The translations under genes were made by a program, and so were the position numbers. This document shows, in pieces, positions 12,312 through 28,232 of a DNA stretch of 64,000 bases; the stretch's first letter is position 1, and each line of letters opens with the position of its first letter. The stretch is from the NCBI RefSeq assembly GCF_000143415.4, contig NW_003314262.1, forward strand, positions 3,088,603-3,152,602, given 5' to 3'. The notes beneath the pieces are model-generated. The model did not search any database, was not told where the DNA came from, and saw only the letters and a program-made list of their open reading frames with translations. Origin of the DNA: Selaginella moellendorffii (taxonomy: Eukaryota; Plantae; Lycopodiophyta).

Positions 12312-14986
12312 ATAAAAGAAAACATAGTGTTTTTTAGTGAAGCCCGATGTTATCGGGAACATAATTTTGCTATTCATTTCTCATACTTGTTATCTACAGT
12401 CTTTGATATGTAAAGTGTTTGCTCTCCGAGTCCAACAAATTTCAAGAGTGGGAGAGAAACTTGTTGAACAAGGTTGGTCATGGTTTTGGTGAACAATTAG
12501 TAGTTCATCTCGCTCAGATTGCTGAAAGCAGGGGCAACAACAGAATGTTGGTAAGCTTCATTTTTATGATCCTTTTAACATATTCAATGATAGATACATG
12601 CACACAAAAACAGCCATTTTACTGAATCTCTGAGTGCCTCAAAGTATATCATTTTATCAGTGTTTTGCTAAATGCAAGTAATCTTTGTCAAGTATAATAC
12701 ATGCTTGTGATAGGAGAGAATCTAAAAAACTATCTGAAAAGGGATGCTTGGATTCTCTATTTAAGCACAAAGCTTCTGTGTGAATTGATAGATTGATTAT
12801 GAGAAATTGCTAATGTGCAAACACTAGCAAAAAATATATCTAAGATCAGATCTTTGAAAGTTAAGAATTTTATTTTTTGATTCTTATAATTGATAGGAAA
12901 TGAAAAAGCTCATATAAATCTGTAGTTATTTTAGTTCTGAAAACTTCCTTAGAAACATTTAATTGAAGTGTGGCTGATCACTATCCAAGAATAAAACCTA
13001 AAACAATAAATTTTATTAGAATAGAAAGACATTTAAATTGAAAATTATACCTGTATCAAAGTAGTTTTATTGGAATGTTCGTGCAAAAACTTTAATAACA
13101 ATAGTATAAAAAAACCTTTAAAGAATTAAATATAAATATATAATATATAAATAAATTACAATTCTATATATATTATGTTACCAAGATTTTAAGGAAGTCT
13201 TCATAGAATGAATGTTTTCATTTTGTTAACTTGTTATCTGTGAAAAATCGAAGCATATCATTAGATTACATACAAAGTACACATATTATTTTATTGACAT
13301 GAATTTACCTAAAACATTTGTTTAACATTATGATATTACCACTTTTAACACAAATAAATTTTTTCTAGATTCCCCAAAAATAATTGATAAAAAATACTTA
13401 TAATAAAATATAATTTACTCAATTAAATATATAATATTATATTTAAAAATTAATTAATTAATTAATTAGTTTAAAGGGTGAACTTCATCTTGGAAATCAA
13501 TTCCAAATGCCAGAACATCTCCATAAAAAACCAACTTATAATTTAATTATGTAGTTGGCCAAAAGGGTCCCACTATAACCACTAAAAAATAACACTAATT
13601 TGTAATTGTTTATTTCCATATTAAAAGCAATAAGATCTAAAATTGTATTGTATAAGCTTAAAAAATATTGTCTTAAAAGAAAAAAAAAGTGGATTGCACC
13701 CATAGGTTTTTACATATTTAGAGAAAAATTTTCTGAGCTGTACTTTCCCTGTTTCAAGCTCTTGTTAGAATGGTTGAACTCCTGGCAATCTTGATCACAA
13801 ACCTTGACAGCTGCTCCGGTTAGCATCGTTGTCTCTCCTTATAACTCTCCTTATGGTTGACATCCTGAAAATTTGTATATAGTGCATGGCCTAGCAAGCG
13901 AACACATACTTCTGAATGATCGCCTCCAGCAATCACACTCTGCTCCAGTGTCCCAGTGGCTCCATCGGTCAGGTAAACTGGCCGCTTCTTCCGACATGGG
14001 ACGCCCGTTTCTTTGTTCTGCAAAAGAACAAACCAAGATTTTACCGCGCTTAACATAGGAAACATCCAGCAATCTCACTCTCCTTGAGCATCTCGGTGTT
14101 TTTCGCTAAGTAAAGTTCCCGCGTCTCACCGATGCCCATTTCTTTCTTCTGCAAAGAGCAAACCAGGATACAGCAAATGCGAAAGCTCTAGACTTCTGAT
14201 CTTTCCAGCGCTCTAGGAACATGCCGATGATCAAGAATCACAAACCTCGATGCCAGCGGTCACCAGCCTCACGATCTTGCAAGAAGCCACATCGCTCAGT
14301 GAAATTCCCCGATTACAAGCCGCGGTATTTCCATGTGCTTCATCTGAGCTGCCTACTTCCTTGTCCTGCAAAGAAGAATAAAATCCACCATGACCAGCGC
14401 CAGAATCACCGCAAAAAATGTAGCACTGCGCCTCATGATGCGATCGCGATCATCCGGGCGCTCTAAAGAACCCTAAAGCTTGAGAATTCCGCCGTCTGAG
14501 CTACGGGCGGGAGAGGCACGCTACGATGGTGTGGTACGAAACACGCTATGTACGGAATTTTTGCTTACCTGTCATAAATTCGAACATTGGATATTCTGTT
14601 CCTTTCCGGACATCTGCTAAGTGGCATTGGTTTATCTAGACATTTAGAAATGTTCTATTTGGATCACGCTAATATGTTATAACATTCTCCAGAATTCCGC
14701 CATTCACAATTCACAGCGACACAGGACGATCTAGCGGCGCAGTTTTGCGTATTCTGAGCACACGGCACTACAGTAAACAAGAGGACTAGAGTTTCTTTTG
14801 TTCCGTATGAGACGATGCTGGGCCAAAAGAATTAAGAATCAGTGAAGCTATCCAAAGGAACTTTTTACCTCCCCGCAGTTTAAGTGTTGTGTCCCACCAG
14901 CAAAGTGTACAAATGCTGAGAAGACAATATAGAGCCTCGATGTCGACGATGTGAGGGAACCTTTTCCTGCTTTATCACGGATTGTA

Positions 14987-16141
14987 TCATTGGAGGTACT
15001 CGATTAGACTCTTCCGGCACTGCCTCGGGGCCCTGAAACGAATCCTCTTGCGCTCCTCAGGCGTTGTTGTCGACTTAAACACCTTCCAATCCTCGATGAC
15101 GAGCTTGAGATCCGCGGCTTTCTTAGCAGTCCCCTTGCAGCAATTGACGTGCATCGTGCACACTGTGTTGATGTCCATGCTGCTCCGGTCGCACAGCCCC
15201 CCAAAGTACCTGGTGGAAAGATAGCGCAGCCTGATTCCCAGGTCCAGGAACTCGTGAGAGTGCCGGAACTTCATGAAAATCTCCTGCTCGTTGTGCTCGT
15301 GGTCGATCACGTTCCTCGTATGCCAGTAGCTGAAAAGCTGTATGGTTCTCTCGTTGGAGCGGGCGTAGACGAGCCCCATGTTGGGCGTAGTGCGTGAATA
15401 GCGGTCGCAAGTCACCTGGAAATCAGCGTCCTCGGAAAAGTGCTTGATTGGTGAGCGTAGCCAGACAATGTCAAGGTCCTGTAAAAAGATATAGAACCCC
15501 GGGAAATGATGAATCTCTGGACCAACTAGAGAAGAAAATAACGAGCCATACCGTGAAGATGAAGTTGAATCCCAGCTGCAACACAATTCCCTGGAAGTAG
15601 AGCCTTCGTTTGTTCATCTTCACGTAGTCTTGGCTCATGTAGAACTGGTCCACGGAAAGGTCCACGCCGTCGATTTCTAGCCGAAAGCAGTGTTTGTGGG
15701 TGTCGAGACAGTGGTCGTAAGCATCCTTGTCGAGAGCGATGATCACCAAGTGATCCAACAGAGGGACTGTGCCCTCGCCAACACGGAAGCTCTCCAAAAA
15801 CACGTCTAGAATACCTCCGGGCTTGGCCCAGGCACTGTTGAGCGGTGCTAGAATCACGGTCTTGTTGTCGTCCATGGCAGCATTGGTCAGGATCTCAGCA
15901 AGGTTCGTGAGCTCTCCATCGGTCTGGAGCACAGGAACAAGAGCGACTAAGAGAAGAAACCAGATTTTACACTCACAAAGTTGCTCGACAGCGCAAGAAC
16001 ACTCTGGGAGTTCTGGGATTCGTGAAGAATGTGGATGCCGGAGCCGATGTAGAAGCTGGCAACGCCAAAACAGAGCATGGCCAAAATCATGAGCGCGGCA
16101 TTGCTCCGTCGCAGCCGGTATCTAGAGGCTACTTCCCCCAT
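14987..16141 (-). CDS. Nucleotide-diphospho-sugar transferase (GT77-like, type II membrane), 3 exons
   Basis: N-terminal TM helix; KTVILAPLNSAWA, FNFIFT|DLDIVWLRSP (DxD), HEHNEQ and CTMHVNCC; GT-AG introns near 15976-15926 and 15551-15479. Confidence 0.92.
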
Positions 16142-16568
16142 CGCTCGCCGTCAGCTCCCGGCCAGAATCGCAGAACAATTCCTCTCGCCCTGAAATACCA
16201 AGAAACGACCGCAATTTCCCAATCAATCGATCAATCGGGGCAGAAAACAAGAAAACCTGGCGCTCGCAATCGCAATCCACATGCAAGAACACGAGCTGAT
16301 CGCTCGTCGGCGACGCGCAGCGCCCTGGCCTCCTCGATTCCATTCAAAATTCCACTGCGCGCCCAAGAAGCCGATCGATAATGGCGGCCGCGCAATGCCC
16401 AAGAACCCTAAAATATCAAAACGCCCCCAGCCTATTGGTAGAGAAGGAAAGAGAGAATTTGGTAGAGACTCGACACCTAACGCGCTTAATTTCTTTGCTT
16501 CTTTCTTGGCGAGGGAAAACAGGTAGTGGAATATGCCCCGAATCGTTCCGCGATATTTAAGGTCGACG

Positions 16569-18290
<1,722 letters not shown>

Positions 18291-18462
18291 TTCTTTATCC
18301 CCGTCGCGGAAAACACAAGAAAAAGAGGTAGAATAGCTGACTTGGCTAGCAACACATCATTCTAATGACGTGGCACAAATGCCGCCGTGCAGATGAGCGG
18401 ATGAAATCATGGAGATAGTGTTGCGCTTTCCATCGCACTTTAGGGTTAGGGTTCTTAGTGCC

Positions 18463-19711
18463 ATGGAAGGACGAGGAGGAGGAGGTGGTGCCAAGCGCCT
18501 GCAATCCAAGGTCATTTCCTCGGCGGATGGTGCGAACCACAGGTATGTCCCTGTCAAGCGTCTTGATCGTGGCCCGGAACTTAGGGAATTTCTTTCCTGT
18601 GAGAAATGTGGGTCTTGGATTGAGAGAGTTCATGCTTTTCCTTGTCCTTGTGCTTGAGATCTTGGCTTTCCGATTGTTTCCCAGGATTTCTTGTTGCCTT
18701 GTCCTTGTGCTTGAGATCTTGGCTCCAGGATTTCTTTGTTCTAACATTTTCTGTGAGGGGCAGAAGGAAGGACAAGTGGGCGACTGAGAGGCATGAGCTT
18801 CCTGTGGAAGAAGAGGGGAGGGGTCGACGCCGCTTGCAAGACCCTGTTGCTCTCGAAGACGCCAACAATGCCGAGGAGGGTGGAAGGCGGCCGAAAAGAG
18901 GGAGATTTGAGACTCAAAATGGAGAGAATCCCGAGTTCGTCCCTCGTGCGGGAGCTTTCTTCGAGGTAGAGTGGCGCTAGTGACTTAAAGCTGACTTGAA
19001 AGACGTACTCCATACTTGTGCTTTTGCAGCACGATGATCGGAATAGCAACTGGCGCTCACGGACAACTCCCAGGCGCAGGCCATTCGGTATCGTCTTGTC
19101 ACATTTGTTGTCTTAGATGGTTTCTAAATTGCCTCTACATGTGTCTACGGTACTGCGAAACCTCGGAGCTGTAAGTTCTCTATTTTCTCTGCTGGAAGTT
19201 TTCTTTGTTCTTACGCTAGTGCTCAGGTTTTCTAGGCGAAGGAAGTCGGCCGGAGGATCGAGGGCCAGTTCGGAAGCCTCCTGAGGAGCGCTGGGAAGGA
19301 GGAAATCCCGAAGCTCCAGGCAGAAGAAACCAGGCAGATCGGTGGCACCACGATCGGTTCTTGGAGCTCGAAAACAAGAAAGGTGGCAGACTAAACGGCC
19401 CTCCCCCGAGGTTCAGAGACGGTGACAGGATGGCAGGCAGAAGAGGTGGATTCCCGCGAGTGAATGGCAGAGGCAACGTTGTGGCAACTCAGATGGAACG
19501 AGGGCGATGGGGGGAGGAAGAAGCCGGAGGAAGGAACGCCATAGCCAGGAACAACAACAACAACAGGTTTCGCGGGCCTGTGGTGGCGAATCCCAGGGGC
19601 GCTGCTGCTAGCGAATGGAAACACGACCTCTTCGACCAGCGGAACCACAGCCCAGCGGCACAGAGGGAAGAAGCCAGCGTCGCTAGAGTGGAGGCTCTCT
19701 TGGCGTCGTGA
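18463..19711 (+). CDS. Btz (CASC3/Barentsz-type) domain protein
   Basis: Exon 1 (18463-18542) splices in frame to 18764; NPEFVPRAGAFFE|HDDR and DRWHHDRF match the Btz signature; second WKHDLF motif; RG-rich. Confidence 0.7.
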
Positions 19712-19955
19712 AGCTCAGCCATGGTGACGAAGATAGAGGAAGCTTTGCTCGCTCCATGGCTTCCACGCCTCGTCGAGCCAGTTCATCCAGGACTGTGGCT
19801 TTGGAACGGTAGCTCCAGATGGAAAGCTCGTCACGGCGATGGCCACTGGTGGATTCACTTTATAGATCATACAGGAACTAGATCACTGTCGAAGACGACC
19901 ATGTAAGCTTTTCATTTTGACATAGATTTCACTTAAATCTTCTCGAGTTCTAGCT

Positions 19956-21266
19956 CTAGTCATTCGCGAGGACGAGCAAACCCATTGAGATGTACATTAG
20001 AAAGACTGGGTACACCGCCAGGGCCTTTCTACTCGGCCTCACGGCAGTGGAGACGAAAGGATAGACCGACCAGGAACTCCATAGCAAAGTCGCGAAGATC
20101 ATGGCGCTTCTATACAGCTTGCCGCTGTAAGCCGCGCAGAGGATCGCTCCAATGTCGAGAGGAAACAAGCAGTAGCCCAGGACGCTCAAGCTCTGGAGGA
20201 AATTGAGCTTGCCACCCTGCATAGCGATCGAAGGTCTTGTCAAAGTTTTGGAGCTTCGAGCATGGCTTTACCAGAAGAACTACGTTCATCGTGAGAGACA
20301 CTGCTCCAGCGGATAGCACTGCGAAAACCACTGCAAACACTGTGGACTATCGATCAAGCACAGCACGAATCAGTGGATCAAAGCTTTGAGTGATCGACGA
20401 GTTCTTACTTTGTTGGTGCTGGCTGTGGAGGAGAGGATGCAAGAGAGAGCGATGATGAAGAAGAAGGGTCCCCAGAGATCCCAGTCGCGCAGAGTTCTAG
20501 CCGGATCGTTCCGGTTGGAGTTGAAGACGACGATCTGCTGGAGATTGTTCGCGACCCTTCTCGCGTCGCGGGCGAGCGTCACAGACACGGGCTCCGTGAG
20601 CGTGCTGTGGACCTCCTGTCGGGTGGACGAGGTGGAAGCTATGGCGGAAGGCTCGGGAACCACGGCCTGGGAGACTCTCGTGGCTGGAGAAGGCCTGGAA
20701 GAAGCTCCTCCACCGAGCTGGAGCTGGGGACGAGGAGGAGGAGATGGCGTTCTTTGCTGGCCGGATTGTTGCTCGTAGGGAGATTGGTAGTGCTGCTGTG
20801 GATATGGAGCTTGCTGCTGGAGGAATTGCTGCTGGAAGAACTGTTGCTGATTGATGTGGCGAGGAGGAGTGATTGGTCTTTGCTGCTGGAGGAAGCCCGG
20901 TGGTGGAGTCTGTGATCGCGGCTGCTGCCGGAAGCTGCTATAATCATAGGATTGCTGCTGGAAGCTCGGTGGTGGAGTCAGTGATCTCGGCTGGCCGAAG
21001 CCCATCGATCTCTGGCGCTGGAGGAACTCCGGTGGAGTCATCGATCTTTGCTGCTGGAGAAACTCTGGCGGAGGAGGAGGCATCGATCGTTGCGGCTGGT
21101 AAAACTCTGCTGGAGGAGGAGGCATCGATCTTTGCTGCGCGAAACCTGGTGGTGGAGTGCTCGATCTTGGCGGATTGAACCATTGTTCTTGCTGGTTGTA
21201 TGGCGATCCTCCTCGAAATTGGGACGCTCCTCGCGCTTGGCTATACAGGTTTTGGAGAGCGTCCAT
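19956..21266 (-). CDS. Yip1-domain membrane protein (YIPF6-like) with long Pro/Gln-rich N-terminus
   Basis: STLTEPV..TL.RD, LRDWDLWGPFFF, GGKLNFLQSLSVLGYCLFPL and RKALAVYPVFLMY. Confidence 0.92.
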
Positions 21267-21625
21267 AGCTCTATAATGGAAGAACCAAAGGAGAGAGAAG
21301 AAAATAAAGGTAAGATTTGAAAATGCATTGGACACGTCGGATTCATTTGGTTCGAGGATCCAACGGCGCAGATTCGCCAATCCCGGCCGTCGATCTTTGT
21401 AATAACCTCTGTCAATATTACTAGGGCAGAGCAAAGAGAGGGAGAGCGTAGCATTGCGCGCTCGGATCGATCGATCCATCTCGAGCAGGGCAGGGCGCGG
21501 GGCAGCGATTGCGGGGGTGGAATCGAGGGGCGCTGGGCAGATTTGGGGCGAGAGGTAGGGTTTCTCGCGGCGGCAATCGAAGGATTACAGCTGACATTGA
21601 TTGGATAGCGTCTGCTCTAGCGCCG

Positions 21626-24388
21626 ATGGAGGGCAATATTCCAGCGAGCTCCGAGCAAGCGTCGGTGACTACAGTGGAGATTAGAATCAGGACTCTCGAT
21701 TCCTCCAATTACACTGTCCGGGTCGACAAAGACGTAAGCTTTAATTGGATGCATTTGGGAAAAAAACTCGTTTTCTTGGGTTTTCAGATGCCCGTCCCCG
21801 CCTTGAAAGATCGTCTAGCTCCTGTTGTGGGTGTTCCTTCTCAAAACCAGAGATTGATATGCCGAGGAAGAGTCCTCAAGGACGATCAGCTTCTCTCCTC
21901 ATACAGTATGCTCTTTTATCTGATTTTTTCTCTCTTCCTTATCTTCTGTGTTGCAGATGTTGAAGATGGACACACTTTACACCTGGTTGCGAGACCTCCA
22001 GCGGTCACTGAAGGTAAGCGTCCTTGCTGCTGGTACTTTAGTACTGATTGATCTTTGGGACTGAATTTCCAGAAGCTACTGCAACACAAGCGCCATCAGA
22101 CTCGACATCTCGCCATCGCCCCTCTCATGTTACTCATAGCTTGCTACTCGGGACCATCAACATTCCAGAGGTACCGGAAGGAGGCATACCCGACTTAAGC
22201 AGGGTGCGAATCCTTGATCTCTTGTTGTCCTTGGACTTACCTTGTTTTTTACAGATTCTCTCGGCTGTTCTTAATTCTGTCGGTTCCGGCGCTACAGCAT
22301 TGGACAATCGACGAGGTGTTGCCGTGGTAAGCTGGAATCTTTCTGTGTTTCTTCTCTGTTTTCACTTATACATGCGATTCATAGATGCAAGTGGCTTCAT
22401 CAGGTCTTTCCACCTCAAATGCTCCTGCCACCGCTACCTCCACCCCTGCTGCCGCTACTGGTCCTTCCACCGAAGGCAGACGCTCCACAGCGCAAGCATC
22501 GGCCGAAAATATTCATTTTAGGAACATAGAGGTAACTTGGTTGGTGGTGTATGTTTGAATTAACTCTCGAGTTTACAGGTTGTTCCAGATGCGCTAACAA
22601 CCATATCGCAATACTTGACGAGAATGGAACAAGCTTTTGCTGAATATGGTATGCTATATCTCTTTCAGATCAGGTGCTTGAATGTCATCGTTTGTATATG
22701 CAGGCTACGACGCTTTAGATAACCCCCTTTTGTCCTCGAGCTCCAGGCCTAGGTATAATAGCGCTAGTTCGTCTGCAGCGACCGGTTTACCTTCTCGACC
22801 CCTTCCAACTCCAGCATCCCTGGGTGCTACTATTTCTCGTGCTCAGGAACTTTTGCATGGTCAAGCCAGCTCAGCTCTTGCGGTAAAATTGGATCAATCT
22901 CTGATGATGCTTTTCTAACATTCTCAAAATTCAGCATCTTGCTTCCCAACTAGAAACGGAGGCGACACTATCCGATACAGCGGCTCGTGTAGATCTGCAA
23001 TCCACTGCTGTTTGGAGTGGAAACATAATGCAACAACTCGGTGCGCTACTAATGGAACTTGGTCGGACAACTTTATTGTTGCAGCTTGGGCCATCTCCAG
23101 TAAGTCTTTCGTGCTTATCTTCATTGTCTGATGTCTCGTAAACAGGCTCAAGCTGTTGTAAACTCTGGCCCAGCAGTGTTCGTTTCACCGTCTGGTCCAA
23201 ATCCAATGATGGTGCAAGTAAGGATTCTCTTTTTTTACATTTTTTAAGCTTAACTTGATTGATACTCCTTTCCAGCCTCTTCCGTTCCAAACAGGCTTGC
23301 CTTTGGGAGCATTTCCGTTGGGAACAGCAGCCGAAGCTGGAAGTGCCAGGACCGTCGGCATGAACCTAAACGCGGGTGATTCTACTCGTCGACCCTTCAC
23401 ACACATTCCTTTATTTGGCGGTTCCCTACGTCATCTCCAGCATACTGCATCCGACTTACTGGCATCCGCCTTGGAGCCTAGTGCGGTGGACGAGAACGGC
23501 GGCCAAACGGGCGAAGGCTCCGAAGCCAGGCAGTCACCAGATGCCGCTCGCTCTCCCAGTGATCTGGAGAATCCCGATCAGAGCGTAGCACTGCTAGTCC
23601 AAGACAACGGCTCCGTGAGGCTGGTACCAATGAGGACGCGAACGGCCACTAGCGTCAATCTTCACTCGTCATCCTTGTTCCGGGGCCTGCGGTCGTCGTC
23701 AGAAGCTGTTACTGTCCCGGTGCTTGGCATCCGGGCACAAGTTCATGCTCATCCATGGACGCAAGCAGTGCTGCAGGCGTCGGAAGGACAGCGGCCAGTT
23801 GGTATCGCAGTGACGATCCCGGTGGACGTGACGAGCTCTCGAGGGAATGCGCAAAACGGCTCTGCAGGTAAAAGAACTATTTTTCTGGTGGTTTTTAATC
23901 TCTGCTCTTCCAGATACCGGGATGGACTTCGCTGTAAACGCAAGCGCAACGCCTATGGATCTCCCCGCCGCAGAACAAGGCCGCCAAGACGAGGTTTGTC
24001 CTGTGTTTGAAGTTTTTATCCTAGTTTGGTGTTACAAGTTCGTAGGCCCATGAGGGATCCCAGGGAAACCAAATGGAAGCGAGCACCACCGTGAAGCCGC
24101 AGGCCTCGGAGGGCGCAGAGGGAGAGAGAACAGCGTCACGCAAACGAGCCGGAGGAGCCGACGGTGGCGGCGCCGCTGAGAGTTGCATGTCTACGACCCC
24201 AGAGTCCGAGGTACTACGAATCCCATTTCTCTATTCGCGCTCCACCTTTGTGTTTCATTGTTTCCTTTGTTTGGTGCCAGGGGCCGCAAGAAGAGAGCGA
24301 AGCCAAGCGTCGAAAGGTATGAAAGAGAGATTTTTTTCTTCCATTTATCACTGTGACTTTGGATCAGACCGACAGCAATGGAGACTAG
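21626..24388 (+). CDS. Ubiquitin-like domain protein, BAG6/Scythe/CIP73-like, multi-exon
   Basis: VEIRIRTLDS, QRLICRGRVLKDDQLLS, VEDGHTLHLV, VPDALTTISQYL, LGALLMELGRT and PAVFVSPSGPNPMMVQ. The 3' exon model is inferred from splice signals. Confidence 0.85.
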
Positions 24389-24546
24389 TAACAGATCGCG
24401 GAGTTTACAAATAACGTCGCCACTATATTTATGATCAATGATTATTTGAGAGAGCAGCATAGCTAGTTATGTACTATGCTAGTATCGTATCTATCGCCCT
24501 TGTGTAAATTCGGCTATAATCAACATGAATTCTTTTTAACCTTCGC

Positions 24547-25453
24547 TCACCTCCTCGTCTTGAGCGCTTGGAAGCGAGCCGTGAGATCGTCGTAGTCCGG
24601 GAGCTTTGGGTGTACGGAGTGGCCGCCGGACGAGCCGCCCGAGTCCGTACGCGACGCCGGCGGCTTTGGAAGCTCGGGTGGAGCTCGCTGCGGTGGGATG
24701 CTCTTCTGCCACTTGAGATCACCACTGCCGCTGCTCGTTTTCGAGAGAGGAATGGATGCTCCATCGACTCCATCGCCATTAAACTCGGGCTCGTCGAACT
24801 GAGGCATGGAAGGCGTCGGCGAGAAGTCGAACGAAGGTGGAGGGGGGTTGTCTCTTCGCCGGTGGAAGGACGAGGAGGGCGGAGGAGCGCCGTCGTCAAT
24901 GCCGGTGAAGAACGTCTGGCCTTCGTCGCTAAACAAGTTGCCGTGGATGTTGTTTTGCTGCTTGTAAGGAGCCGACGATGAGAAGCCACCCGAGTTTCTC
25001 CGCTCCTCAGCACCGAGATCGAAGAGGTCATACTTTGCTGGCTGCTGCGCTGCTCTTGGGGGCGACACGCTCGTTCTCCTGTCCATCCTCCTCCCGTCTT
25101 CGTCTCTCTCGTCGTCACTGTCGAAGAATGGCTTCTTCGGAGCGAACTTGGACGTTGCATGGTTGTCGTCGCTGTCGGAGCTCTCGTCCTCGTCTTCGTC
25201 CTGTTTAGTCCTGTCCCATCTGTTTGCGAAACTGGCCGGCGGAGCGGGCATCTCAACATCGCTGCCGTCGGAATCAACCTCCTGAGATGGCCTAGCTCGA
25301 GAGAACGAAGTTCCCTTGGCCAGGTTCGCGGCAGCTCGGGCGGCAGTGGCAGCACGCTCGGCGGAATCCGCAGCGGCTTGAGCAGCAGCAACGACGTCTT
25401 TGTACTCCATCGGTGGTTCTTTCTCCTCGTTGTGGAATGAAGGAACAGACTCG

Positions 25454-25487
<34 letters not shown>

Positions 25488-26749
25488 TTTCAAAGTTGTG
25501 GACTGGCGGGGGAGAAATAAACGGGACGAATTGCCTTTCGTTGTCTCGTTGAGGTGCTGCTGGTTCTGGCGGCGGAGACACCGGACGGATACTTGGCTGC
25601 CGTTCTTCGTACTTACTTGACTTAATCTCTTCCGGTTCTAGATCCTGCATCTGGAGAACGTTTCCAGGCCGAGATTCGAATTGCGATCGCATGCTCTGGG
25701 ACGGGACAGAAGGCATATCGTTGTCAGAAGCGTGTTGGCTAGAAACTCGAGACGACGCTGCGAGTGGTCTCTGGCTGGACGATATGAACTGACTTGGTCC
25801 ATCCTGAACAAAACTTCTTTAACATGAGAAAAGAAGAAAGATCGAAAGGAACCTACGAGAAGGTCTTCATGTTGCTTCGTGAGCTCAGCTTCTGTTTCAC
25901 TTGCATCCCACTCTATATTGTGCTCGGCAGCAATCTCCTTCAAGAGCTTCAATTTAACTTCTCCAGATGGTGCACGGACCGAAAGCTTTTCTATGATCTG
26001 CAAAGACAACACAGCTTCCATCAAAAAACCGTCTAGTACATCCAATCAATGAAAAGGAAAGGACCGCTGTACCCTTCTATTCACGCCACAGTCGGGCCTA
26101 AGCTCTCCAGCGGATGCCACAAATTCCTTGCCGTACTTAACCGCAAAGAGCCCACGTACTTCGAGCAATTCCGGCAAATCGGAACACCTTGGAGCAGCAA
26201 AAATCAAGCTAGCAATTGCCTCTTTAAGATCGAGAGGACACTGTCTGCAAGAAAATATAAAACAAGTTGGCATTAGTTTGCTCGGCAAGAAAAGAAGCAC
26301 ACACAAAAATAAAAAGAAACGAAGAGAGACTTACTTTTGGGACTCGATGATCGGCAGCCTCACAACAACGAGCTCGCAAAACAATTCCACAATCTCGTAC
26401 GCAGCCATGATGTTTTGCTCCCTGAAAATGTGCTCAACCTATTTGATGAAGAACAACAAAACGAGAGGATATTTTTGAGCTCCAGTTCTCAAACATACCC
26501 GAATCCGGGCGCTCGGCTCCTGTCCAGTTTGCAGCAAATTCGCAATCTCCCTGCGCATGCCCCTCACCTGGAGCTCCCTCCTGTTGCGTAGCAGCTTGAT
26601 CCGGGACATCGCCAGCCGGAGAAGCGTCTTGCTGCATCCATCCCAATCAAACGACAGGCATCAAATCACAGATCAGATCCAGCCCGCGCACTGCGACGAC
26701 GATCCACTCACCACTTCGCCGCCTTGAACCCTCTCCCGAGGAAATCCAT
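24547..26749 (-). CDS. IST1-like (regulator of Vps4 activity) protein
   Basis: MDFLGRGFKAAKC, ARIRVEHI, CPLDLKEAIASLIFAAPRCSDLPEL, KLKLLKEIA and C-terminal VHPKLPDYDDLTARFQALK. Confidence 0.93.
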
Positions 26750-26968
26750 GCCGACAAAGCGCGTTAGCTCGAGCAGAAGAACATAAACCCTAAAATAAGC
26801 CACTAAACAAACTATGCGGAAGATATTCCGTCACCGTCAAACATCCCTGCAGATATTCCGTCGCCGTCAAATAGAAACACACTTGGATGACCTAAAAGAA
26901 TAAATTAAAGAGGCCAAACCGAATATCCCACCAAACAAAACAAACCCGACTTTATTGCGTGGGGGCTC

Positions 26969-28232
26969 TCACGCGTAGGCGCAGGAGTTTGCGAGAACTC
27001 GGAGGAACTTGACTTGGCTGGTATGGACCTTGAAGCGGCAGAAGAAGGAAGTGCGGTACTTTGGGCGCACCAGCGGGAAGACGTGGGCTCGCGACTGGAT
27101 TGTTCCAGTCACCGCCAGCGGCACGTCGCCACCGCCGCTCGTGTAGCCCTCTAGATCCGGCCCCGCGCCGTAGAGCGGCACCTTGATCGCCTCCACATTC
27201 ACGGGGAAAGTTTTCATGCTGTCCTTGTGCTGGTAGAACTTTGGGATCTGGTCCACATCAAAGCCCAGATCAAGATCAAAGCGAAAACTAGAAATTCACA
27301 GTAGCAAAGTCTCTTCTAGGGCCTCACAGTGAGCAAAGTCTCTTTTTAAGTTCTAGAGCTTCTACAGTTCTAAGTTCCAGAGCAAAGTCTCTACTAACTC
27401 AATCAAACTCGGTGACGTTCTAGAGCAAACTTGAGGGAGAAACGAGAGAACTTACCTGGCCTGTAGCGATCGTGAGCTCGTTGAAAACCAGATTGATGTC
27501 GGCAGCGTGGACGTGGAGGCCAAAGTACTGCGATGGGTTGCGGAAATTCACCATGAGCGTGCAATTGGACGTAAGCACTCGCGTCGGGACGCCCGAGTCC
27601 GTCCCGGCCACGACGGTAAACTCGTGGAAGATGATTTTCTAGAGCCAGGAAAGAAACAAAGCCGCGCATTAATTCCCTTGTTGCAAGCAAAGTAAAAACC
27701 ATACCTTGACGACGAGCTTGGGCGAGTGAGGCTGGCAGACGAGCCAGAAGATGAGCGCTCCAAAGCTGAGGAGAAGAACACAGCAGAGAACGCTGATCCA
27801 GAACAGGCAGCACCGCGAGAGGGGCTTCCTCTTGCCCGATTCTCCGTGCGATTGCTGCTCCTCCTCCTCCATGATGGTCCCCGGGATCCATTGCTTGTAC
27901 CCCTTCTTGTGCGGCCTGTGATGGGGAGGGAGCGAGCCGCCGTGGGGAAGAACTCTCCGTGATCCTGGCTTGGGCGCAGGGGGCACAGAGCTGGCCTCGC
28001 TCTGCAAGCTTCCCGAGTGCTTGATGAAGGACTGGTGATGGAGAGGCGACGCCATGGGGCTCATCACGGGCGTCGAGTGGAACGATGGCTTCTCGTTGCC
28101 ATCGTGGGAGTCACGGGACGGGCTCTGGACGAAGTAGACTGGATGGCGCGGCGGCGACTGCGGTGGGGAGAGCCCGGCGCTCGTCCCTTCCGAGTCGAAC
28201 GAGGAGCGCATCTTGCCGTAATATCGAGCCAT
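26969..28232 (-). CDS. LEA_2 / NDR1-HIN1-like membrane protein, 3 exons
   Basis: PVYFVQSPSRDSHDG, TM segment, GTDSGVPT and FRNPSQYFGLHV, KVPLYGAG. Confidence 0.9.

Noticed and set aside
13820-14470. Possible small spliced gene on the minus strand
   Set aside because: Exon-like pieces contain an in-frame stop and no recognisable motif.
18641-18725. 27-bp direct repeat in the Btz first intron
   Set aside because: Simple local duplication with no further structure.
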